64,000 bases of DNA from Elsinoe ampelina (Eukaryota), in NCBI GenBank assembly GCA_010093995.1, contig ML992510.1:509504-573503 (forward strand). Reading direction: 5' to 3'. Below are positions 43,461-56,594 of the stretch, in pieces (positions within the stretch are counted from its first letter, which is position 1; each line of letters begins with the position of its first letter). Below the pieces are notes generated by a model, which was not told the origin of the DNA, ran no database searches, and saw only the letters and a list, made by a program, of their open reading frames with translations. Position numbers and translations under genes: made by a program.

Positions 43461-45587
43461 GGGGATGAGAAGTTGCCACCAGGAAGAGGTTGATGATGTT
43501 GCGGAGGCGTAGTATGTTGATTTACAGTACGGCATTTGCTCCTCTCGGCAGAGTCGGGAGAAGGAGGATGCTCGTGTGAAGACGACGAACATGATCGATT
43601 GTGTGATGCCCAAGAAGCGATCCATGGGGTCCGTTCGTTTGAGTGAAGCAAGCCCCATGAGAATGCCAAAGGTGACCAAGAAGAAGAGGAGGATGTCGTC
43701 CTCCCAGATTGTGAATGAGTTTGCCGCAAACCCAGCGCACAATAATAGTACAGTGATTGAACAGAGCCAACCCCAGACCGTATGATTGACAAGCCTGATC
43801 TTGTCCCGAAACGAGTAAAACACCGTCGCAATGCCTGCCAGACTACCCATGGCCGTAAAGTCGACGACCGTGTTGATAAGAGAAAAGCCCAAGACTGTAT
43901 GGGCGAGGAATCCGAGAATACCACCACCGATACCGCCGATACTGCCCCTAATTAGAAGTGGGGCTGCAGCAGCTGTACGTTCTCCATCCAGACCGCGAGC
44001 AAATACAAGAAGTGCAATGAACGAGACAGCCAGCACTTGGATGCCGTGAATGATACTGACATTGTCGAAACGTGCCCAGAGGTCCCGACAGACTTGCAGA
44101 TTCTCCTTTTGATAATCTGAAAAGACCTCATAGGCAGTACGCCAAACTGCTAGAGGAGGGAACTTGACTTCTTGTGTAGCCTTCCAAGCTTTGAGCCCAT
44201 GAGCCCACATGCCATCCACTCGTGACAAGGTAGATGGTTCAATCTTCCTAGCCGTGGTGTACTTCTCCTGGTACCGCCTGATCTGAGCAGCCGTGAGACG
44301 ATTCACCTTGGCTAGGTTGGCATAGTCAGCATTTGAGCTTTCAATGAATGCTTCCTCAATCGGTCGACCGAGGTTGTTGAAAGGGATAGGCAAGCCTAAG
44401 AGAAGTGACAATGTAGGGACAAGATCGATCTGACGGATGGGTCTCTCTTTGGCTGTTGAAGGTACACTCTTAGCTTCAGAAGAGCGACCGAATGCTCGTT
44501 TCTTCGAGTACAACCAGATTGCAGCTTCGATCTCGTCATCTGACTCGCCTCCGTGGTCGCCTTTGGAGTCCATTCCGTGATCACCCATGACGATCAGTAA
44601 TGTTCGATCGTCAATTGCATCGATCATTCGCGTAAAGACATCGTTCATCTCTTTGAGCTTCGAGTTCATAGCAGGGTGATCTGGTCCATATCTGTGACCG
44701 GCATGGTCGACTCCGAGATAGTGCCCCAAGATGACATCCCAACGAGAAGCATTAGCCTTTTCGAGGAGGGGGAAGATGTGCTCAGTGACGCCATTGTCGA
44801 CGGTGAAGAGATCCCAGACGTTGAAAGAGTCGTATGGCTTGGTCAATTCTGGGTCAAAATGACCTGGAAACAGACTGTGCCATGTATCGTCTCCCAAATG
44901 TACCACAGTCTTGCTAGCATTCTTGAGCTGAGACACGATGTTGTCCTCGTCTATAGCTGTTCCTGCAAAGTTTGATCCAGCATCAATGAATGTTGGCAGA
45001 GTTCCAGTCGTCAGGCCCTTCAATCTTTGCATGGTGGCCGTGGGTGGGTCCGCAATGAACGGCAGCAATACTGCATGTTCAGGTTGAGTGGAGGCCAATT
45101 CGTGGAAGACAGTGAGCGCATTGTGGTATTGTTGAGGAGATGGATGTCCGGGCGAGGCTTTGAACGGTACAGTGAAGTCGTACCTCAAAGCATCCACAAT
45201 GACTACCACAGCTTTTTCAAATGTTTTTGGGTGCCAGCAGCCATTGTCAATCGAGCCAGCCACGTAGTCGTCTGAGAGTGCAATCGGAGGTATACCACAT
45301 TCTGACTTGTCGTCCAAGACCAGTCGAGTGAGTAGGAAGCCACTGAGGAAGAGGTAGATACCAAGTACGTGGAGAATCCTGGTGGGGGTCAGAAAGGTGA
45401 AGATTGTTTGCAGCGAATCTCTAGCTTACAGGAAGAGCGAAAAGACACCGACCAGTAGCCCGAGGGAGAGGTTGAAAGACGCACGCCTCTCATTGTTGTC
45501 CTGCCGAATCTCGTTCTCGCGATTCTTGCTTGAAGAGGCTCCGCTCGGAGGTTGTGGCTCTTGCGGTTTGCCTGGTGCCCTTGCCAT
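42393..45587 (-). CDS. GPI13: GPI ethanolamine phosphate transferase 3 (Gpi13/PIG-O); 2 exons
   Basis: GFLLTRL, IVDALRYDF, ADPPTATMQRLKGLTTGTLPTFIDAGSNF, HYLGVDHAGH, GDHGMDSKGDHGG, FFKTGH, many TM helices. Intron 45379-45429. Confidence 0.95.
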
Positions 45588-46396
45588 CTCTTGTGCTTTG
45601 CCAAATATAATTTCGAGATTACCGATCCATGTCTAGCATGCTATGACTGCGGTCCGGGTGTAGCGACGCGACCGATCCTTAAGTTTTGGCTGAACGGAAT
45701 TCAAATGTTCGGAAAGACGTTGGTATGGTGGAGCTCGGGAGAAGGCTTGGCGTTCCGGTATAGCAACCAAAGCAGACTTCACGTATTGGACGCGGCGCAA
45801 GCTCAAAGGCAAATACGGCAGCATTGGAATTTTGCACGTCTCCCGGCAGAATTGACTTGTCCATTGCCACTTGTCGCGTTACGAGATCATTTTGACCGAC
45901 ATAGACTGCAAAGGTGTAGTAGTCATGGTGAATGGGAAGTGTCTTTGAACTTTTTGTCATTGCTGCTCAACGGTACAAGACCGGAGCTCGCATGGTAGAT
46001 ATATACATTATACAAGTAATGTGAAGCGAGTGAGGTTGTGTACCCCCATCGTGAAATGGTAAAAGGTCCCCGACATCAAATCAGATGTCGAGGACTGTGG
46101 AAGCAATGGTGTGGCCTGGGTCCCGTCTTGATCGTTCAGGTGTGCTTGTCGTGCCATTGAGTCTTGAGAAATCGGGTATAGCAGAGAGAATCGACGGCCA
46201 AGACGACCGACGATGACATCTCCGATGCATATGCTGAAACGCTACAATGCAGAAGTGAAGAAGATTGGGTCGTAAGAAGCGAAGGTCATTACTTCCACGA
46301 TGGTTTGTCAAGTTCGTGGGTCCAGTCAAGAACGACTGCAGGTGATTGAAACTGTACAGATGGTGTTTTGTCGAGGAAGTCGAGGGTAATTCGAGT

Positions 46397-46918
46397 TCAC
46401 CGATATTCCTTCTCCTTCAAACCACCAATGCGGTCGAGATCGAGTGACTGGAAGCGATCCGACTCGTTCTGTTGGTATGTGGGCAACTTCTCCTCGTATG
46501 GTGCAAAGCCGACAGAGGTATCGCCGACGTGAACAACGACGACTCGACCTGACTGTGGCCTCCCTGACTTGTCATAATCCTCAGGTAGGGTGATGCGGAT
46601 CTCTGGTACCGGGCTAGCTGGTGGAGGAGCGTCCGAAGATGCAAGGAAGGCTTGCTTCTCTTGGTAGACGTATGATGACTCGGGTCTGATGGCGAGACGG
46701 CGGTGATTCGATCGTGAAGACATGGGACGTTCGTATTGTGGTAATGATTGGCGTTGCTCGCGCTTCTTCTTTTGGTGCCTTATGTAAAGCAGGGCGAGTG
46801 AGATCAATAGCCCTACTAACACCAGGACAAGAAGGGCTATGAGGAGCTTTGACATGGTAGGGTTGTCGAAGATGCTGCCATCGGCATCGCGAGCCATGAT
46901 GTTGGCGTAGCTGGTCAT
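46397..46918 (-). CDS. Small single-pass membrane protein, conserved fungal hypothetical
   Basis: TM helix LLIALLVLVLVGLLISLALLYI followed by a basic stop-transfer stretch; tail SPVPEIRITLP..SGRVVVV..FQSLDLDRIGGLKEK. Confidence 0.75.
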   Translation of the reverse strand: MTSYANIMARDADGSIFDNPTMSKLLIALLVLVLVGLLISLALLYIRHQKKKREQRQSLPQYERPMSSRSNHRRLAIRPESSYVYQEKQAFLASSDAPPPASPVPEIRITLPEDYDKSGRPQSGRVVVVHVGDTSVGFAPYEEKLPTYQQNESDRFQSLDLDRIGGLKEKEYR

Positions 46919-49900
46919 TGTTTGAAGTCGAAAGAGGGGCTTTTAATGTTCGTAAACTCGGCTTGTGCACAACGGTTCAAGACGCGTTGTGAGTTTGGCT
47001 GACGGTTAAGGCTGTCGGGCAGTTGGAGGACCGTTTGATCCTATAGTGGGCACAAAGATGGTTGCGGAGGAAATAGAAAAGGTAGAGTTCTGCAACGATA
47101 TGTCGTAATGCTGCGTTTGAGAAATTAGTCCTGCGTGTAATCGTGGGCTGGGAGGATGATGGCTGTTGGAATGCAAGGAGATTTGTGATGTTTGTGTGCA
47201 GGATTGGACTGGCATACCAAAGGCGATGCAGGCTGGATGGCGTGAGAGAAGGAACGGAATGCTAGCGATCAGCTAAATGAGTGAAGCTGATGCTGCGACG
47301 TTTTACGTGTGAAGAGAGAGTGGTGCCTGTCGCGTTGCGAGACGGGTGAAAGAGAAGAAGTCGAGAAGGACGGGCGTGAAGCGGTGATGAGTGGTTTGGC
47401 TTCGCAGTTGGCACGCAGGCGCTGGGAGAGGCGCTGGCGCTGGGACACTGCCCGGGCTCACTGGTGGGTGTTGCTGGGTTGTGGAGGAAGCCGTCGTCGA
47501 CAAAAGCACGGACGGCCAATCTCTCAGGCACTATCGACTCCCAATTTGATGAATTTTGCTTTGCTTGACTCGAGCTTGACAGGAACAGGTTAGTTCCCCG
47601 TGTCTAGTGCACATTTGGCGCTTGTCGGTGGGCAATCACAATCGCATAACCAGGAAGGATAGATTGAAAGTATCCACTAGATCATCTACTGGGAAAAAGC
47701 TCTTTTCACCGGGGTGATGGCATTGCTGCCGCCATTGTTGGTTCAAGTTCGTCCAGCTTTTTCCGTTGTGGAAGATTGCATGCATGGTCAACCGAATCGA
47801 TGCTCTGTACATATGTAATTTCCCAGTGTTGGCAAACATGAAGGCAAGTTGTGAATAATAATGCAGGTATGGTCATCTTCAGATCGGTACTCATCCCGAC
47901 ACAAACCAGATACACTGTAGCCAGAATACAGCATAGGAGATTCGTTAGTTGTCAGACTAATCAAGAAAGTCCAAGGTTGCCATATATTTATGGTCCAAGT
48001 CGGTTTCAGTCGCCATATGATCGGTCAGACAGGAGAGCTTTCACAGGGACTGGAAGGTCGAGATACTGCACTCGCGGCGCACACTACGCAGCTTCTTACA
48101 CTGTGGCTCAAATGTTCGTCATTCAGCCGTCGTGTTTGCTTTTACGCGGCGTCAGCCATGCCCCGACAGAAGGTGGCTTCCCACTGCACGTCGCCGAGCG
48201 AGGAGACTGGAGATTCGATCACCAGCAGGCAATTCCAGATCGGATCGTGAATGATGCTTGCTACAATCCATCGCACGATATTCAAAGTATCACCAACCTG
48301 AGCGTGGTTACTTCCCCAAATAGCCCATGTACGAGACAGGGCAAGACAAGGATACGTATGAGTATGTGCTGGGTTGCGACAAAGCCAAGCAACACTGTGG
48401 TATGCAAACGGCAAGTCCTCAAGAGAATCTAGTTAGAACCTACCTAGGTAGTAAGCAAGTCGCACAAGTGCAAGACATGAAACTCGAATTGTCTCTCGTC
48501 GCACAGGGATGACGCCGGAGCCCCTACGGCGGAAGGCTTGCCCGCAAAACTTTACAGCTCTTGACAGGAGCATGTCAGGAGAAGGGGCAAGACGGTGGAG
48601 GATGAGCTCTGGCAGAACTTGGAGGCACGTCGCTCTCAATGCACTTGTACCACCTGAGAGGGTCCGTCAGATCTGTCATGGCCTTGCAAGGGCCAGGCTT
48701 GTATACAGCCGCCATGAAAAAGTTGGGATCCAGTGTGCAAAAGAGGCTTCGGATCTGTCTGGCAATGACTCGCACTAGTACACCGAGCAAGCCTTATTAT
48801 TAATAAATTCAAGCCCGTCGATGCGGTCATGCTTTGCTGCCATCAGAGCTCGCTTTTTCGTGGGCCACAGCTCAGAAAACGTCCGTATTTTTTGACTATC
48901 CGACAGAGCAGAGACACAGAGAGTCATGGCCACCACCGGTCAGAAAGATGATCCAGCGATCTGCAGCGAGCGTGGCTAGTCTTGCTCATCTCTGGATCCG
49001 CTCCCTGGCACAGCTGTCTGGTACAGCGAATCGGAATCTCTCCCTACCGGACCTTGTGCTACATGAAAAACGCTACAGGCTGCGTCCTTTTCGACATTGC
49101 CAGTTGTGCGGCATGGAATTACACATGCTTTGCGTATGGCGACACGCTAGATGATGACTGCCAGGTGCTCCGCATAGTGACTGGTGTGTAGTGCACATGC
49201 TGCATAGCTGTGCCCCTTTGTCACAAGCAAGGCTACGGCAGGAAGCCGCGATTTTTTGTGGAGCAAGAGCTGCCTTTTGCTGCCTTTCTCGCCCAACAAG
49301 CCGTGTCTGCACTCGGGAACCCGCTTGTTAGAGCATCAGCCTCTGTCGTGGAATGCTTTCGAGTCCAAAAGACGAATTACATTCACCTAGCAGTCATCAA
49401 GGTTTTTTTCGTCACCAAACTTGCAAGCAGGGTAGAGGCCACCTTGTAAAATTCTCGCCTGCTGCAAGTTCGGACCCTGAACCGTGATTAGGGAACGTCT
49501 GGGGAGTTCGCCAGGAGGGCTAAGGCGGCGCGCTGTCTATTCTTTTCCCACGCCTAACCTGATTCAATATTTCGGGATCAACCCTTCGATCGACCTACTC
49601 AGGACCTCCCACGTCTTGTCTTCCACTTCTTCCTTCTGCTTCACCTCCAGGCTGACACTCCGCGCCCACACTCTTGTACATAGCTAGTGCTTGCACATAC
49701 GGGCGCGCTTTCGCCTTGCCTTGCTTGACACTTGACACGACGACTCCTTCCACCACGAACATTCCTCTCCCTGATAATAATCTGGCCGACTTGCAACCCC
49801 CTTGCTCGACACCTCACGAGACCACGCCGCTTTTCATCCAATCCTTTGACGTCGATTGCTCACAGCTCCTATCGGCTCTTTTGGACTCACTGGTGAACGC

Positions 49901-50167
49901 ATTTCTCCAATCTCTCGATCTGACGGAACCTTGCGGGGTCTCATACTTGACCAAAGGGATGCTGGACGTCCTCCCATTATCAATCTCCTCCGTCGCACTT
50001 TGGTGACTGGAGCTCACCATCACGATCCTTCAATACCTACCGACACTCTTTGTACATTACAATTCATACTGTAATTTCTTCTCATCAAGGTTTTGCTATA
50101 ACCTGCAATCTTTGATCAAATTGCACATTACACGTCGCACACTGGACTCAATCTCACACTGGTCAAA

Positions 50168-53034
50168 ATGTCCTCGATGGTCATTAATAGACAAGAGTCG
50201 GGTCAGACAAAAAACATGCTCAGGGGTTCTGGTCCATCGACTTCTTCCTTTTCAAGGCCGGCTCCAAATTCGGAGAACTCCAAACCCAATATGTCAGGAT
50301 CTAATCTGGTCGGTCTTGCTGGGTCGAACCCAAGCATCCAGAATGCGAACAAGGATCCTCTCAATTTCTTCGACAAGAGCATATGGGGCAATTCTATTGG
50401 CTTCGGATCAGGTAGTAGCAGGACAAGCACTGCGAATCCTCCAGCTCGGACAGGCTCAAGTGCCCTACTAGACGACTCTGTCTCGGATGGGTGGAACAGG
50501 CTCCCAACTGCGCCTTCCAGTCGCTTTTTAGGATCTTCAAGGCGGCCAGATGTCAACGCATCATCAAGACCACAGACTGGAGTCGACTCAGTTCAACAAA
50601 ATGGTGGTGCCTCTATCGGTAGCAGTTTCTTTCCCTCAACTCGTGCGCCTTCTATCAGCTTGAACTCAACCTCTAATCACCAAGCCAAACCAAGCTATGG
50701 TGCCAACTTCTCCAACACTGTGCCATTTGCACCATCCGAGCAACCTCCAGCTGTGTACACCAAGTTTGACCGACCTAATGCTCCTCAATACCAAACCACA
50801 AACTTCGACCTTGTATCACGGTCACATCATGGCTCAGCGAATCAGTCTCCCTCGGAGGAGCGAAGAAGCTTCATGGGTCCTTCATATGCGCATCAAAGTA
50901 TGCCAGGCTCTCGCAACAACAGTCTCCCTCCATCTAGACATGGTGAGGAACCACAACAGCCACAGCCTTTCGAGACCTTACCAGTTGGTCGTCCTGGCCC
51001 AGATTCCTACCGAAGACAAAGTACACCGCACGCCAATCTACCTCTGAACACCAATGACCAACTGAATCGGGCAAGCCTACAATTTGGACAATTGTCTTTT
51101 GCCGACCATAGACCGAATCAATCCTTCAGTACAGCTAGTGGTGACTTTCAATCTCAGGAATCGACTTTCTCCGAGGCGGCATATTCCAGAAGGGGTTCGA
51201 GACAGGTTGACACAGCGCAACCACTTGTGCAGAACACTTTCACATCCGGATACATGCAGAATGGCTTTGGTATGGATCAATTCCAGGCACAACCGCTCTC
51301 GAGAACCAGGATGGACCCCACATACTCTAGCAGAGAGAGTGACACCCGCACAGGCTCCATTGCTTCTTCACGCGACTCTCGGAGAGACTCGGCCCAGAGC
51401 AGGGATCTTCAAATTCAGATAGCCAACGGCATGCCCTACCACGTTAATTGGGGTCGGGTGGACCAGCAACTTCGACAATACCAACTCGCGATGCAACAGG
51501 CTGACCCCACGTATACTCAATTGTTACGGGCACACGCCGCTCCCTACATCATGAACATGCAGAATCAGCAAGTGCCCGCACCATTCATGCCCCACGCAGC
51601 CATGTTCAATGTCAACCTTGGACAACCTCGAGAACCTGACCTCAGCCACACCTATCGCAGTGCCCTTCTCGACGAGTTTAGAAACACAAAGTCGAATAAG
51701 AAGCATGATCTCAAGGAGATCTATGGCAAGGTGGTCGAATTTAGTGGTGATCAACATGGGTCTCGATTCATCCAGACAAAGCTCGAGACCGCCAACAGTG
51801 AGGAGAAGAACAGGATCTTTGAGGAGATCATACCAGAGTGCCATCAATTGATGGTCGATGTTTTCGGCAACTACGTGATTCAGAAATTCTTCGAACACGG
51901 CGATCAAACACAGAAGAAAGCACTGGCCCAATCGATGCGTGGTCACGTCTTGCAGCTCACCGTGCAGATGTACGGATGCAGAGTCGTACAAAAGGTAAGC
52001 TTGATGATGAAGCTGTTGCTTTGATGGGACTGACAAGTTTTCAGGCACTCGAACATGTCCTCAATGCCGAAAAGACTATGATCGTAAGCGAATTGAGATC
52101 AGATATTATCAGGTGTGTCAAAGACCAGAACGGCAACCACGTCATCCAGAAAGCTATCGAGATGTGCACGTCCGAAATGATTCCCTTCCTTTTCGACGCA
52201 TTCAAGGGTCAAGTGCCATCTCTTAGCGGACATTCATATGGATGTCGCGTCATCCAACGGTGTCTAGAATACGCTGATGTCAACATCAAGCGAACGATCA
52301 TGGCAGAACTGTCTGGCTCCATCGCTCCACTCATCCCGGACCAATTCGGCAACTACGTTGTCCAGCATGTTGTTCTTCACGGCGAGCCAGATGACAAGAA
52401 GATGGTCCTCGACATCATATCTGGCAACCTCGAGACATTCAGCAAGCACAAATTTGCCAGTAACGTGGTCGAGAAGTGCGTCGAACACGGAGGAGACACA
52501 TTCCAACGTGACGTCGTTCAGCAAATGCTGGGTGGGCAGAATCGATCTCCACCACAAGACAGCATGATCTTGAGCCTCATCAAGGATAGCTATGGCAACT
52601 ACGTGATCCGTAAGTTGTTCGACCCTGGTGGTCCCCAGTACATGCTGACAACCGAGCAGAGAAGATGTGCGAGGTCCTGCCGCTGCCTTTGTACCAGGAG
52701 CTCATCGAATACCTGCAACCAGAGATTGGCAAGGCAAGACGTATGGGATGTGGCAAGCAAGTCTCATCCGTGAGTGCATTGATCGTTTGATTACCACCAG
52801 AAGGCTGACCACCGACAGATTGAGAAGAAGATGAATCGTCCGTTCATCAGCCACCAGTCTCGACCCATGAATACCTACGCGAGTCGAGCCAGGTCGGGCG
52901 AGCGCACTCCGGCTTTGACTACCAGCAACAGTGCCCAGACGAGCTCCCTGAGCAGCGTTGATGGCGACGCTGTGGTAGGAGCTTCCGAGACTCGCAAAGG
53001 CTCTGTCCATGGTCCCGGCCACCCTCATCGATAG
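50168..53034 (+). CDS. PUF3: Pumilio/Puf3-type RNA-binding protein; 4 exons
   Basis: Eight PUF repeats with canonical recognition motifs SRFIQ, NYVIQ, CRVVQ, NHVIQ, CRVIQ, NYVVQ, SNVVE, NYVIQ. Introns 51995-52044, 52610-52659 and 52770-52818. Confidence 0.93.
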
Positions 53035-53307
53035 ATTGGATGCGAATGCCAGCGCGTTTCAATTTGCAACTCTCGGCAACGATGGCTTTGGTAGGGGCTT
53101 TGGATACCTTTATCAGCGATCTGTTCCCGACGACCATGGGTAGCTTGATGCACATGGCAACAACTTCAATTCCACCGAAGCAACCGTCCACGCTGCTCAA
53201 TTCGACCACGACTTTTCAACTTCAATTCTTTCAACATATTTATCATCGACTCGACAGACATTACTGGTAGTACTTGATTTGTTAGTTGCGGCGCGCTGGA
53301 ATGGATT

Positions 53308-53347
53308 CTGACGGTCGTACCAAGTGGAGCCTGACGGTCGTACCAAG
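53308..53347 (+). repeat. 17-bp direct repeat (ctgacggtcgtaccaag x2, period 23) downstream of PUF3
   Basis: Exact copies at 53308-53324 and 53331-53347. Confidence 0.85.
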
Positions 53348-54199
53348 CGCATTGTCGTCGTTACGGAAAGTCCTGACAGAACGCCACTGGACATTTTTAC
53401 GCCACGTTGAGCCACCTGCACCACGTAACCCAGCACCAAATTTCATCAACACAAAAAAAATAGAAAAGCACATTCGTATATGACAGCTATCATTCACACC
53501 CGGCGTTGTTGGAAGCGACGAAGGAGACTGGAATCATCACACTCGGCTTATTGATTGTATACCCTTAGCATGCATATTACTTGGTACAGGCGGACCTCGG
53601 CGGAGAATATCATTTAGGTCCGATGAGAGGAGTTCAAAAACACACAATCAACAAGATTTAATGAGAAAGGGAACACGACACGAAACTTTTGGTCATTGGG
53701 AAGGCAAGGGGATTGTTCGGGGACATGATGGATATGCTCGATATACAGCTTTGGGGTTGCCAGGTCCCCGTTTCTTTTTTTTTTCGGTCTGTCGCTTAGG
53801 TAGTGGTGAGGGGGGCCAGATAATGATACGTCTGAACTTGACGCTAGATTTTGGTATTTCTGTGGTGACTGGCATGTTCGCAGTGTTGTCGTGTAGAGTA
53901 CTGCGCTTAGAAGGGACACTCATCTGCTCCAGGAGGTAGGTACGTAGTCGGAGAGGAAGAGCTGGAGAGCGCGAAAAGGGAGACAAAGAAGAGGGGTGGA
54001 GGAGGGGGCGGAGGAGGGGGCGGATATGAGGGGGCAAGAGGAGGCGGAACAACAGGTGTATAGTCAGGAGTAGGTAGCGTAGTAGGCCTTCTCTTCGTAT
54101 CCGTGTGGGGTGTACTCAGACTTCTTCCATTCCTCTATGCCATCAAATTTATAACAAGTCGGTTGTTGTCAAAGGTGGTTTCCGCAACCTATACAGTAC

Positions 54200-54900
54200 C
54201 ACATCAACTCTCCTCCCCCTAGCGCTCTCACCAGCAGTCCCTCTACCGCCGACATCCCCTACCCCATCTCCACCACCTCAGATGCCCGCGCCCGAGTCCA
54301 TCCTCCCATGTCCACACCCACCCCCCACGCCTTCCCTTGGCCCCCGCCCACGGAAAAGATGACGTCTATCCCCGATCACCCCCAGATCCCTCCCAGCATT
54401 ACACTCCTCAGGTAGCAGCGGGAAACTATCAGCTACCAGATCCGCGCGTGTCAAGTAGACTGGCTCGACAGCGCCGGTGGTGCCATTAGTATTGCTGGTG
54501 AGGAGGCCGGGGCCACCGTTGTTGCTGGTGAGGAGGGCAGCACCATCAGTATTGCTGGTGAGGAGGCTAGGGCTACCAGCGTTACTGGCGAGGAGAGGAT
54601 TGCCACCTGTACTGCCGGTGAGGAGGGGAACACCGTTTATGGTAGCTGTCCTGCCTTCGAGGAACGCTTGGAGGGCAGGAGTGGTGGTCGGACGTGACGA
54701 GGTGCTGGCAGCTTCAGGGGCCTGGGTTCGGCGCGCGGGTGCCTCGAGCTGTCGCGGGATAGCCGGGCGAATCGCAGGGCCAACGGAGCGGCGTGCTTGA
54801 GCCTCGCGCATGGCGCGGGGAGCGGTGGGAGGTTGGCCGCCGGGGTAGAATTCCGGGCTCTCGGCGGAGAGCTGGGAGGTACTACCGGGTTTGACGGTGG
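54200..54900. other. C-rich to G-rich skew switch F (weaker; midpoint ~54450), PUF3/orphan convergent junction
   Basis: C tracts at 54200-54400, G-rich beyond 54480; a G-rich block at 53950-54050 lies downstream of PUF3. Confidence 0.6.
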
Positions 54901-55654
54901 TAGAAGAACCATTCGCTCGAGCAGAGGAGCGGACCGGGCGAGACGGAGGATTACCAGGCGGCTTGGTCGAGCTGGTTGTACCTGGTGCTCGGGCGGAGGA
55001 GCTGCCAGGGCGACGCCACGATGAGGCGAGCCGGGGTTGGGCAGGTCTCGTAGTACCTGGCGGAGAAGTGCTACCAGGGGCAGCAGCAGCAGCAGCAGCA
55101 GCATCAGGGAACCACTCCGGTGCATCACCCCTTAGTGGCGGGCTGGTGGACCCGAACTCTCTCGTCAGCTCAGCCCTGGCGAGCGCTTCCGCTCCCTTGT
55201 ACACCTCGTCCGGGATCGCCTTCTCTAGCTGCTCCAAGAGCATGGACCCGTACCGGCCAAAGACGGTCAGCCTGGCGGTGAAGTCATTGTAGGCGGACTG
55301 TTGCGCATCGAGGACAGCAATGCGGGCCTCGAGCACAGCGACGAGATCCTTCTGGGCATTGATCTGGGCAGTCATGCTAGCCACGCTTTGGGCTAGTCTG
55401 CAGGTGTCAGGTGTCGTGAGAGGCTGGTCCGGACGGGCGCAACTCGCTGTGCCTTGCCATGGGGTGGCCGTTGCCCGGAGAGGTTGGGTTGGTTGAGAGC
55501 TAGGCCTTGTGCTCGACCCGTGGGTAGCAGCCGTCGAGGAGGGCGGGCTGTCACATGGGCGAACAGTCGGGATTTCCCATGGGGGAAACGCGTACCAGGA
55601 TGGTGGGAAGAACAGGGAGGTAGACTCCTGGCTGGTCTGTTTGGAAGAAGACAT
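54278..55654 (-). CDS. Orphan protein with coiled coil, Pro/Ser/Ala-rich region and five 10-aa repeats
   Basis: 458-aa ORF from ATG; coiled-coil-like AQINAQKDLVAVLEARIAVLDAQQ; no family recognised. Confidence 0.55.
   Translation of the reverse strand: MSSSKQTSQESTSLFFPPSWYAFPPWEIPTVRPCDSPPSSTAATHGSSTRPSSQPTQPLRATATPWQGTASCARPDQPLTTPDTCRLAQSVASMTAQINAQKDLVAVLEARIAVLDAQQSAYNDFTARLTVFGRYGSMLLEQLEKAIPDEVYKGAEALARAELTREFGSTSPPLRGDAPEWFPDAAAAAAAAPGSTSPPGTTRPAQPRLASSWRRPGSSSARAPGTTSSTKPPGNPPSRPVRSSARANGSSTTVKPGSTSQLSAESPEFYPGGQPPTAPRAMREAQARRSVGPAIRPAIPRQLEAPARRTQAPEAASTSSRPTTTPALQAFLEGRTATINGVPLLTGSTGGNPLLASNAGSPSLLTSNTDGAALLTSNNGGPGLLTSNTNGTTGAVEPVYLTRADLVADSFPLLPEECNAGRDLGVIGDRRHLFRGRGPREGVGGGCGHGRMDSGAGI
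54476..54625 (-). repeat. 30-bp minisatellite, 5 units, encoding LL(T/A)(S/G)(N/S)xxGxx repeats
   Basis: ggtgaggag/ggcgaggag recurs every 30 nt, ending at 54505, 54535, 54565, 54595 and 54625. Confidence 0.9.
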
Positions 55655-56594
55655 GCTGGTCTCTGCCCTGGATGATGGGCTTGTCTTTGGCGAAGACCTT
55701 GTGTCGGAGGCTGTGTTGCTTGGGATGTTAGCTTTGATACAATGCTGCTTGGGACTCTCTGGGCCGGGCTTACTGCTGGGTGGTATGTGATGCGAGTAGG
55801 TTACCTGGTAGCTCGCTGCTGAGGATGTTGGTGCACTAATGTCTGTCGTGAGCGTTATGCCAGATGCAATGCAGCCCTATGAGGTCCTTGCTAGATTATG
55901 CCTTGGACTAGTATATGTGCAATGCAGTGGATGTATCTCTGGGTGAGCTGTTGAGGAATACCTGGGAGAACGAGCTGGAGAGTGCTTCGAGCGGAGTTAT
56001 ATACTACCTGCCATGATTTACCTTCGTAATCTCACTGGAGTGTACATCACAGAGTTCTCTAAAGTGCAGCGGAGGCGACATGCTCGCCGGGAGATATGAA
56101 CCTTGGTGGTGATATCTGCAGCGGATGTCTATGAAGTTTGTGATGTGCTTTTCACGGGAGCTCCCATTTGGGGCTATGCTGGGCAAGAAAAAGGACTTCA
56201 ATTCATCCTGTGCGATTGCAAAATGAATTGCCAGGTGCGAATAGATGGACAAGCTGCCCATGTTGTGAACCTTCTGGTAAAACTCTTCTGGTAGGATAAT
56301 GTAATGGTGTGACTGGTCTTGTCTCGTTGTCATTGCTCCAAGCTTGAGGGCAGTGTGCGATCAGATTGCCAGCTATTCTTAGCGACATCAATGTTGATAT
56401 GATGCTGATAATAAGCTGGCTGTATCGTCATGTTCAGAGAGTCTGTCATTGAGAGAAGTATGTTGAGTCCACCATCTCTCGAAATGGGCAAATGACCCCG
56501 AACTTCACGTGACACCCCCGGCAGCCCCACGTGCAACAAACATTCTTATCCATCCATCGCAAAGTTGCCATCCTTTGCTACACGTTCCGCAACA

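Noticed and set aside
42295..43479. 394-aa Pro/Arg-rich minus-strand ORF, and similar ORFs 57018-58091, 12214-12846, 24264-25256, 34656-35660
   Set aside because: Alternative-frame or antisense shadows of real genes; the skewed or biased composition suppresses stop codons.
46920..50160. Short ORFs in the 3.2-kb divergent spacer (e.g. 47851-48432)
   Set aside because: No coding signature or homology recognised; likely promoters and long 5' UTRs.
54476..54625. Regularly spaced repeats resembling a CRISPR array
   Set aside because: Units are contiguous, mutually similar 30-mers in frame within a eukaryotic ORF; no unique spacers and no cas genes.
56004..56333. 109-aa minus-strand ORF upstream of the orphan gene
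   Set aside because: No recognisable motif or supported splice link; cannot be supported from sequence alone.
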